A DNA stretch of 63,716 nt, the filler included, from Intoshia linei (taxonomy: Eukaryota; Animalia; Orthonectida): NCBI GenBank assembly GCA_001642005.1. It is 10 parts of 10 records of this genome, joined end to end, with 100 filler letters (N's around TTAATTAATTAA, not from the genome) between each part and the next. Parts side by side here need not be neighbours in the genome. Positions count along the whole stretch, not along the records: positions 48,688 to 54,446 come from LWCA01001747.1; positions 54,547 to 57,966 come from LWCA01002105.1; positions 58,067 to 62,581 come from LWCA01001919.1; positions 62,682 to 63,716 come from LWCA01002993.1; 6 more parts are not named here. One strand, 5' to 3'. Made by a program: the position numbers and the translations under genes. Positions 53,621 through 63,716 of the stretch are shown one piece after another. Below the pieces are notes generated by a model. It did not search any database and had not been told where the DNA came from. It worked only from the letters and a program-made list of their open reading frames with translations. The first letter of the stretch is position 1. Every line of letters starts with the position of its first letter.

Positions 53621-54546
53621 TTGATATTTAAATTAATTAAAAATCAAACTTAAATAGTAACACCAAACTAAAAACCTATATTTAGAATACGTAATATATG
53701 ATTACTGTTGATAAGCAAATCTGAAAGAATTACGAAATAATGCTTTTTCAATAAATAAAGTGTTCACTTTAAATTTGAATTGTAAATGTACAATGTAGCT
53801 ACAATTTGTACAAATGTAAAATGTGTTTGCTCTTCCGTTTTTTTAGGAAATATTAGTGCAGTATTTATGACAACTGAGCCTAGCAAACTCGAGGCTACCC
53901 GAAAGTAAACATTTTTAATTTACATAAAAATTTTATTAAATTTAATTGTCAACTATGAAACATGAAATTTCAACAATAATAAAAAGTAAAATGTTAAAAA
54001 TGAGTCATTACAAATTTTACTGTGTAAAGTCATGTTTGCATTAGATAAATAATTCGTTTACATTTTCAATTAAATTACAATTAAATACGTTTATTTATGC
54101 TACTGTTTTATTGACAGTGAATATACATTTGTATCATCTTTGCTCATGAATCATGAGCAACTTGAGAATAATACGATGATAAATATGAGAAATGTTCTTT
54201 TTTTGCTATTAGAAACTTTCGTAAAAAACGCAATACTCGAGTCAGATGATCTGAAACACTGGATGTGTTGTCATTTTGATACATTTTGATAAAAATCTTG
54301 ATCCATAATAAAATGGCCAGAAAAAATACGTACAACACAAAACGTGTAAAGACAAAACTACTTATCTATGATGACTAGGGCAAACTTTTTCTAACCTATA
54401 AAATCGTTAAAATATAACCTATCAAAATAAAATTTTAACTTTTTTTNNNNNNNNNNNNNNNNNNNNNNNNNNNNNNNNNNNNNNNNNNNNTTAATTAATT
54501 AANNNNNNNNNNNNNNNNNNNNNNNNNNNNNNNNNNNNNNNNNNNN

Positions 54547-54898
54547 GATTGAAATTTTTTATGTGTGTTAACATGATACAACTCTACCACCTGTAAATTT
54601 ATTGAAATTTTAGGGCTGTTTTCAAAAAAAAGGAAGGGTAATTTGTGGTTTTTCCCTGAAGATATAATTTTTTTAAATTCTCCAACTCGTTTAATTTTCA
54701 AAAAGAGGGACAACAGGGGTTTTTGACCCTTAATATGTAAAATTGGGAGGTTGAAATTTATCTTATTATTCGTCCTGGACAAAACTGTAATTAAAGTGTG
54801 GTCTTTAAAAAAATTCTAAGAGTGCTAGTTATTTCAATAAAGTAGGACACACAGACAGACAAACAGAAATCTAAAAAAATAGAATTTTATATAGGGAT
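54547..54898 (-). mobile_element. Helitron 5' fragment
   Basis: Reverse match to about 4880-5260. Confidence 0.65.
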
Positions 54899-54999
54899 GT
54901 AATATACATATCGATGATTAGTAATCAATGATTACTTATAATTTCAGTGTTAGATATAATATATATTTTATTTTATGTACGTGGACAGATATTTTTTAC

Positions 55000-55742
55000 C
55001 ATAATTCGAATTTTATAGGTCATTAATTCAGATTCTCCATCAGGAGGAATGCATAAAATATTTTCGGATTTACTGTAATCGCTAAGTCTCACACATTGAT
55101 GGAATTTAATACCTTCCAGTTCAAAAGGCAATTTACCTAAATTTCGATATAATATTTAATTAATCAAAAACCAGAAAAGAATTAAAAATTATATACAAAC
55201 ATAAAAAAGCTACATTTATAATTTACCTTGACTGTGATTATTTTTCTTTATTCTGTCGTTGAATCTTATTGAAATCATTGGCATTCCAGACAAATGACAA
55301 TTCATAAGAACTTTACCTACAACCTCATGTTGTAGAATTCTACCTTGACTATCAATCTATAAGAATGATTAACAGCATGCTGAATTTTAATATATTTGTG
55401 TAAAAATTAATGAAACGTATTTTAATTTTTTTTATTTATTATTAAAACAAAAAAACACAACGCGATGAATAACACAAAAATGGCTTGTCGTCAGCGTTAA
55501 ATTATACGATTCATTTCTGAATCAAGACTTATGTAGTTAGTACATGGATAATTAATTAATTAGAATATTATTACGATGGAAGATAACATACCAAAGTGTT
55601 TATGGACTCTAAAACATCAAATAAAATTTCATTGTTTGGATAATATATTCCCGGTTTTCTCCATGAAACCGCAGCTGTGACAGCTGCAGGGATCGTGGGT
55701 AGTTTTTCTATGTCGTTGAAAAATCCTTTTTGAGTTATAAAT
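55000..55742 (-). CDS. Clathrin adaptor medium chain, AP-1 mu-like, three internal exons
   Basis: FITQKG..PAAVTAAVSWRKPGIYYPNNEILFDVLESINTL|IDSQG..LSGMP..ND, FHQCVRLS..IPPDGESELMTY. Confidence 0.8.
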
Positions 55743-56506
55743 CTAAGCATAAAATGAATTATAATTGTTTTATTTTATAATTTCATGACATTCTATAAAT
55801 TAGATCGCTGTAACAGGTACGGTAAGTGGGTAACCTGTGTCAGATTTAGTACGCGGGTTGAGTTATAAATTGATTGAATTTGATGTTTAGTTATTAGTAC
55901 ATATACATTATATATAATATACATGTATAATGTCCAATGAGAATCATTACTGTTTATTTGTAATAATTAATATATCGATAGTTGGAGATACTGTTTATGT
56001 GGTACGGATCGTTACCAAACAAAAATTTGAATCCGAACGGGTACGACGACTAATGAAATCTTGGAACGGCACAGGCGCTGGCGCTGGCAATCAAAGCATG
56101 TCGATGCAAAGCTTTAATTAAATCTCTGAACTGGTACCGGTAAGCCTAACTATTTTAAAGTAAGTATTGACCGACTCTGAACCATACTTTCATTATACCA
56201 TACACATATATTTTCATTACCCACTGATGAGATGCCCGGGCAAAGTATTAATTTAAAAAACTGATTGGGAATTAATTTTATAAGAATATTTTTTGTACAT
56301 TTTACATCACTTTTGTATCTGTTGAATCGTTAATGTATCAGTTAATTATGACATTAATGGTTATTATAGCACTAAGATTTTTGAGACAATACTCAAATGC
56401 AAATAAGCACACGACGGAAAGGGTGATACACACAAGATATTTTGTGATACACACAACTATAACATTGACTATCTTCAATATTGTAATATCATTATAATGA
56501 TTTATA

Positions 56507-57966
56507 TACACTGTATCAATTTATTAGGCAAATCTAAAAAATTAAAAAATTCGTTCCAAAGAGTGGACTAAATTCTTAAATTTTTTTTGGGGAGTGTGCA
56601 CAATAGTTTACGACAATATTTAAAATGCAAACAAAAAAAATCTAATACAATTAAAATTAAAATAATTGAATATATATAAATACTTATGTGTCAAAATATT
56701 AGGCAAATGTAATGAACATATATGAATGAAGTGGAATTTATCATTAAAAATTAGTTCTAATATTTAATATAGTTGGCATGAACTTGTAACACCTTAATGA
56801 ACCTAGCATCGACAGAATCGGTCAATCTCTTGATACGTTCTGGTATAATTGATTTAGACACTTTTTTAATAGCATTCCAAAGGTCATCAAGGGAGTTATA
56901 CTGAGTCCCAGCCGAATATAATTTTCTAAATGATTAATATGAATAATTATTAAAGTAATTTTNATTCCAAAGGTCATCAAGGGAGTTATACTGAGTCCCA
57001 GCCGAATATAATTTTCTAAATGATTAATATGAATACTTATTAAAGTAATTTCAATATATTACATTTATATTATGCTCCAGCAATTTTCTATTGGTTTAAA
57101 TCGGGACTGTTAGGGGGCCAATCCATTAATTTTTCTCCGCTAATGCAATTTTCTGAAAGAAATGTTCTAGTAAATAACGATGCATGTGAAGGTGCATTGT
57201 CATGGATAAATATGCACTTATTTCTAAAAATTTCGGTTTTCGAATTTATCCATGGACAGTAATTTTCCTCCAGAAATTCCATGTAACTAAACATAAAAAT
57301 TAAAACATGCTAAAATAATAAGTATTACAATTTAGAATTCATTTTCACGCCACTGGGAACACGAAATGCTCCTAATACTTTATTTCCAATGATTCCTGCC
57401 CATAACATAACACCTCCACCACCTTGTTGGTAACGCATCCTTGAAGGTGTTTCAGCAGTATTCAGTACCCAACCTCTTGACCATCCATCCGGTCCATCTA
57501 ACGTTGCACGACACTCGTCAGTGAACAACACTGTTTCAAAATTTGTTTTTAAGTAAGTTGTTGCCCACTTTACATGTTTTTCCTTATGTATCGGTGTTAA
57601 AATCGGTCTTTTAAAAGCTTTTTTCACCGAAGCTATAGATTTTAGAATTCTACATCGAGTATTTCTATACACATTTTCTGTGTTACAGGCTGAAAATATG
57701 TTTGCACTTGCGGAAAGTGGTGTCGATGATACTTCTCTCCTTAATAATGATAATTCTCGAGGTGTTACGATTTTGTTACGTCCACGTTTCGATTTTACGG
57801 TTATTTTGGATAGATCATTAATCCATTTCTTTATAGTGCGATGATCGCGCTTTAAACATTTGGAAATTTGAAAAGTTGTCTTCCCTCTTGCTAATAAAGC
57901 CGTTATTTAGAATTTTTCGTCCATTTTTAAATCGTTTTTTTGTCCCATTATAAATTTGCCTAATAA
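56507..57966 (-). mobile_element. Tc1-like TRT (DD37E) transposon, near full-length, inactivated
   Basis: VLFTDECRATLDGPDGW, QQGGGGVMLWAGI, FIHDNAPSHAS...WPPNSPDLN(P)IE, with 37 residues between D and E after correcting one frameshift. One TIR is at 56507; the other end is in the gap. Confidence 0.9.
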
Positions 57967-58066
57967 NNNNNNNNNNNNNNNNNNNNNNNNNNNNNNNNNN
58001 NNNNNNNNNNTTAATTAATTAANNNNNNNNNNNNNNNNNNNNNNNNNNNNNNNNNNNNNNNNNNNN

Positions 58067-58747
58067 TAATATTAAAAATAAAATAAAAACAGTCCAATCC
58101 TAAAAATTGTCATAAATAGCTTAAATTCCAGAAAAAGTAAAATTATAAAAATCTATTTTGTCATTTTCAATGTGATGATATATATTCAGTACCAATTTAA
58201 TAAATACTTACAAATACCAATTGTGTATCAATAATTAACCGGATTTTCACTTTATAAACATATTTCAGGTGAATTTTACCAATATTGCAAAGAATTTTAA
58301 TAAATATAAAAATGATAATAACAAAGTTGTATTACTTTTAGTTTTGTTGTTGTAGTTTTTATTTAAATTTTATCAAAAATGTTTTGAAAATGAGAAAATA
58401 AAATATGCGTAGCAATGAAAAAAATTCCGAAGGAATTGATGATAATGTTTATGATTTTAAAATCCGTATCAACGTATATATTTTTTTAAATTCTCCAACT
58501 TGTTTGATTTTTTAAAAAAAAGAGAATTGGGGTTTTTGACCCGTAAGATGTGAGTTTGGTAGGTTGAAATTTATTTTATTATATCCCCGGAAAAAATTTT
58601 AATTGAAATGTGGACTTTATAAAATTCTAAGACTGGTAGTTATTGAAATAAAGATAACACAAACAAATATTGCATAGTATATTATAATATGCTATGATTA
58701 TATAAGTACACAAACAAATATGGCATAACATATTATATAAGTAAGAA
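58067..58747 (-). mobile_element. Internally deleted Helitron fragment
   Basis: Reverse match to 5600-5975 joined to 4860-5125. Confidence 0.7.
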
Positions 58748-59530
58748 TGTAGTAGGTATATTTTATATAAATTTTAAATTTTATAACCAATGATGGTATT
58801 GGTGGGTGGGGTAGGATTTGCATTGAAAGTAACTAAAATGTATATTCATTGATTATTATTATAAATGGTCTCAAAATATAGCATTTATCTTTCAAATTAA
58901 ATTTGTTATCTTATTGTTAGTCTTATAGTTAGAATCAAACGGTTAGAATGAAAAAGTTATTAAAAGTAATTATAAATAAAAACCATCAAAATAATTAATA
59001 ATTTAAAATACAATATAATAAATACTAAATAAAATGTGGGTTTCACACTGAGATTATTAATCTAATAAACAAAATTGTAAACATATTTACTGTAAATAAG
59101 ATTTTTCCCTTATAATACATATTGTACACAAAATAATAAATAATAGGCGTGTTTATATAGAAAACATCAATACATAGAATAAAATATACAACAATAATTC
59201 AATGGCCATTAGCGATATAATCAAAACACATGTTTAATATATATTAAGCAAGCATAGTCAAAAGAAGTCACGTTAGATAACATTAAATAACATTAAATTG
59301 ACCAATACGAATCGAGACATTAATATAATTAACAATTCTGATTCACCGCAAAGATAAATACAATCATATTATATTTATACTATTTCAAAATATCAAAATT
59401 TGAAATTAATAGATAAAGTAACTTGATATTTGAAATAAATTTACAAACCTTCAGAACTTGCATCAAAATTATACAATATTTACATATTGCATTATATTCG
59501 ACATAAATAAAAAGCTAAAAAACAGACACA

Positions 59531-60705
59531 ATGAACAATACTATTAGAAACGTACCTTATGAACTAATTACAGATTTGAACAAGACCAACAAATGTAATA
59601 AAATAGAAATTAATCAAACAAAGCAGAACGTAGACATCAGCTACGATAACGTAAAAGAAAAAAATACAAAGAATAAAAGTTTAAAGAAAAAATTAAATTC
59701 CAAAACAAAGCCTTTAAAAAAACTAAAAAAAAAGCTTAATATCAAAATGGATGAAAAAGGAAAAAAAATTAAAGACATAAAAACAATAGTTTTGAATTCA
59801 CTCTTTCAACCGATATCTTTTTGTAATAAAGATGCGTTGCCACCCATTCCTTCAAAGAGTAATTATAATCGATCCATGGCCATTAAAAATAATAATTATG
59901 AAAATTACAATATAGTTGAATTGAACGAGGAAAATAGTTGTATTGATAACAGTTTGATAAACGATATGACTTATATCAAAAATATATCATTTTCTTTGTA
60001 TGAATTGGAATCAAACTACGTTGCATCGATAAACGGTAATGTTTACATAATAATGAGTAGATAAAAAAAAATTTTTAATCAATTTAATTTTTAACAATAA
60101 TTTTTATAATAATAAAGTGTGAACACTAGTCTAAATAACCGATAAAAGTCTTAATTTTTATATTTAATACTTAATAATTAGATTCAAAAGTAGTAAACTC
60201 GTCAAAAGAAAAGGAACAATTTTTAGAAAGCAATAAAAGCAAAGTAAAAGTATTGGGTCGACGAAAAATTAGACATTTGGATGAAAAATATGGCATCTCG
60301 GCAAATCGTGTAGAAATGAAATGTGAATCTGTAAAAGAATACGAAAAATTAAAACATCCAAAAGAAATAAAATTTAATAAAGAAATTTCTCAAATGCAAA
60401 CCACTTTGAATTCTTACATTTCTCATTACAAAAATAATCAAACAAACGCATTCAACGATACTTCCAGTTATTACTTGATATCGAATGAAAGTAAAAGCTT
60501 AAACGTTTCAATTATGGACATGACCTCAAGCGACAATTTCAACAATCAAAATAAAGATTTACAACTTTCAATCGAGCAACATGAAAATTCTTATCTAATA
60601 CCCAATTTTAAAATTCAACAAAATTTTCATTATCCAGATTCCAAATTGTATCAAAATTCTAAACGAAAATTTTCATTTTTATCTACCATACCAAAAAAAT
60701 GGTAA
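59531..60705 (+). CDS. Uncharacterised Lys/Asn-rich protein, 2 exons (59531-60035, 60182-60705)
   Basis: Two long ORFs in very AT-rich DNA join in frame through a GT-AG intron. No recognisable domain. Confidence 0.55.
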
Positions 60706-61602
60706 TGGAAAATTTTTCAATTTAATTCGAATTTTTTAATGTTTGATATAATATTACCATTGTTTTAAACCCTTTGTATCATTATTTTACTATTAAAGTG
60801 TTTATTTAATTTGTTATTGTACCGTTATGTCAACTGTTTATGATTCCTACTAATTTTTACGAAATTATACTTAATTACAGTGTAGTTACTTAATATAATA
60901 TTATAAGCGTAAAGAACGGTTTTAATAACATAACTGATTATCAACACTTTGTTAAATTAAATATAAAATTATGTTTAATATGTCAATTAGCTCAGTGGGA
61001 TAGAATTTTTTATCGATTTTAATTGCCTAAATTTTATATAATCACATGATATTGAAAAAATATATTAGTATTCTGTGTCTGTTTATTAACAATGACATAA
61101 TTGATTCATAATTTTTATTGATTAAAATTGATAAATAAAACATGCACGCTACGGGGCACGGTCATGTTATTGTAAACATGGAAAACTACATAATCTATAG
61201 ATCAATCATCTTTAATAAAGTATATGTCGTATATATTCATCAGTTGTATTTGTATGTATACGTGACTTAAAATTCTATAATATTATTATGATACATACTA
61301 TGTTAGGTGTGTATTACATAGCTTATAATGGATTTATTAGGTCTATGTAGAAAAACCTTTGGAAACCACTCCTAGATTGATAATAGTGAATAGTAAATTT
61401 TTAAGTAAGATTTTAGTGTTTACATTTAATTAATTTTTTTATTTATTTTTTAGGTGAATTAAAAAAATTCGCAATCGTCAGAACTAGGTGTTGTTTGTAC
61501 AAACTACATAACAATCACCCTAGTTAAAAATAAATATACAATCAATAAAAAATTTAAAATTTAATTGTGACAAGTCACTGAATTGTATATAAGTGGTTTA
61601 TT

Positions 61603-62415
61603 TTAAATGTTTTTCAACGGTTCAATTCCAAGAATTTGTAATCCCGTGGAAAGTATACGTTTTGACGCCATAAATAAAACGAAATGAGGCTAAAAACTAA
61701 ATTGTTAAATATTAAAAAATTAAACCAAAACAAAATCTTTGCTGCCTTTAGCAAGATGTTGAACAGATAAATTTTCATTAACACGCTTTCTAAATTAAGT
61801 TTAAATTAATACACTATGGATATCTAGGGTTTGCAATTTTGCCCACAGTAATTCAGGACATGTGTGTTACTAAATATACTCTTAATTTATTTAGATATTT
61901 GAAAAATTTGAATATGAAATAATTTATAAAATCGTGAATTATTTAACAATTTAATATGCAATCTTAGAGTAACAAAAAATTAATTTTTATATTCAATTAA
62001 TTTGTGAAATCTTAATTTTGGGAATTTTAAATAAATTCATAATTTATGAGTTATAGTATCAGAGAGTTGTTACTCCCAAATAATGTATTGAAACCCTAGG
62101 TCCCAGTACCTATTAGTGGACCGCTAATGTAGAGGATTGCAGTTCCCGATTTATATTTATATGATAAAAATAGTCACGAAAATAATCAAAAAGTTACGTA
62201 AATTCTAATAAATAGTTGACCAACTTGCTTGGATCCATACTTTGATACGTTTCGCTTATTATATCTTCAAATCTAAACATTTAAAAATATAAATAAAAAA
62301 AAATCATTACGCTGCAATGTGTAAAATTAAATTATAAGAGGTTTCATTCCCAAGTGGTCCCAGAATCGTTGTCCTCTGATAGGAATTATATTCTTGGCCA
62401 AATTTTTCTTCCAAT
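61603..62415 (-). CDS. RARS2: Arginyl-tRNA synthetase (mitochondrial RARS2-like), C-terminal DALR domain exons; 5' part beyond the gap
   Basis: LEEKFGQEY..LILHIAAFEDIISETYQSMDPSKLVNYLLEF..LFMASKRILSTGLQILGIEPLKNI*. Confidence 0.75.
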
Positions 62416-62839
62416 CTATAAATTAAATGTGTAAAGTAACGACATTACTATTTAGATAGTAGATATTTACATAGATTCCTAAAATGGACAATATCGTTCT
62501 GGGGCGATTTTTAAAAATTATTAATTAAAATAAAAAATAAATAATATATAATAAATTAATAAATTACAACTTACTATAACANNNNNNNNNNNNNNNNNNN
62601 NNNNNNNNNNNNNNNNNNNNNNNNNTTAATTAATTAANNNNNNNNNNNNNNNNNNNNNNNNNNNNNNNNNNNNNNNNNNNNTAGAATTGAAATTATATTT
62701 ATATTTTTCAGGCAAATTTCTTAGTTTTTATTTTTTTCAATATTTATTTTTTTTAATTTACAATGGTTTTAAAATGTTTAAAACATTGAGATTTATATTT
62801 GAATAAAATTATTTATTATTTATAAATTTTGGAAATACC

Positions 62840-63082
62840 TCTCTACTATAAGTTTCATTTTGACAGAGTAATTTTTCTACTTGATCTTTTTCAAATTTTG
62901 TAAAATTCTTTTCATTTATATATTCATCCTTTATTTTTTCATTTTCATCAACTTGATCATCAAATTTTTTTTTTAATACGATAAATTTCTTCTTAACCAT
63001 TTTCAAGTTCATGTTTAGTTTTTCTACATCTTTATTTGATTTTTCAAATGTAATTTCTTTTTCGTCGAATAGTGTTTGTAGC
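62840..63082 (-). CDS. Coiled-coil exon of an unidentified gene
   Basis: AG..GT-bounded open exon LQTLFDEKEITFEKSNKDVEKLNMNLKMVKKKF..SRE. Confidence 0.4.
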
Positions 63083-63716
63083 TATTAATAAAATAGGTAA
63101 TTTATGGAATATTAGTTATATGTATGGTTATAGGTGGAACTTGTGCATTACATACCAATTAATTTTAACCATTTTTCAAGAANTTTTTTAATACGATAAA
63201 TTCCTCCTTCACCATTTTCAAGTTCATGTTTAGTTTTTCTACATCTTTATTTGACTTTTCAAATGTAATTTCTTTTTCGTCGAATAGTGTTTGTAGCTAT
63301 TAATAAAATGAGTAATTTATGGAATATTAATTATATGTATGGTTATAAATGGAACTTGTGCATTACATACCAAGTTTTTGGTAAAAGTAATTTTGAATAG
63401 TTTTTTAACAAAGTCGAGATATTTCAACTAAATTCTAAAAAATTTTTTTATCAAACATTACTTATAAGGCTTTTAACCAATTTTTAAAAAAAATTTAATT
63501 CAAATGGTTATATATGCCCCAATTACTGTTATTAGAACATGGAGAACTACCTGCAGGTGACTTGGACGGTATGGATTGGTATTGTAATATAATTTTACAT
63601 TTACTAAATTACAAACTTACATTTAAAATAGATTCTTGATAGTATTTATGTAGTTTTTGATAATGTGTATTTGAAGTAACTGACTACAAATAATAAATTA
63701 ATAATATTTGCGTTAG

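Noticed and set aside
55809-56205. Relatively GC-rich block starting TGTAAC, possible solo LTR
   Set aside because: No matching terminus, TSD or second copy identified.
56874-57052. ~90-bp tandem duplication in the TRT element
   Set aside because: The copies are separated by a single n (56963), typical of an unmerged contig overlap.
62970-63374. ~190-bp duplicated exon-like segment suggesting tandem exons
   Set aside because: Split by a single n at 63183 with few differences; most likely a haplotype or assembly overlap.

Overview
AT-rich eukaryotic (metazoan) genomic DNA. Many GT-AG introns are only about 37-47 nt, consistent with a compacted, fast-evolving animal genome (orthonectid-like; this is inference). 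Ten contigs are joined by nine artificial 100-bp linkers (44N-TTAATTAATTAA-44N). Reconstructed spliced genes: ADF/cofilin; a divergent NAA35/MAK10; a Cav2-type calcium channel alpha-1 (domains I-II, cut at a gap); mitochondrial folate/FAD carrier SLC25A32; MRPL20; CCDC34; a Notch-ligand-like C2/MNNL single-pass protein without DSL/EGF; partial TBC1D19-like, LPCAT3, AP-1 mu-like and RARS2 genes. Intergenic space and long introns hold a non-autonomous Helitron family, many hAT MITEs with 8-bp TSDs, and remnants of Tc1/TRT (DD37E), mariner, pogo/Tigger, hAT, piggyBac, Chapaev-like and Gypsy elements. The most notable signals are in splicing: mutually exclusive voltage-sensor (IS4) exons with different gating charge; an AT-AA minor-spliceosome intron plus an apparently U12-to-U2-converted intron in the same channel gene; duplicated alternative terminal exons (Arg vs His in helix 6) in SLC25A32; and a DD37E transposase carrying two host-style mini-introns.
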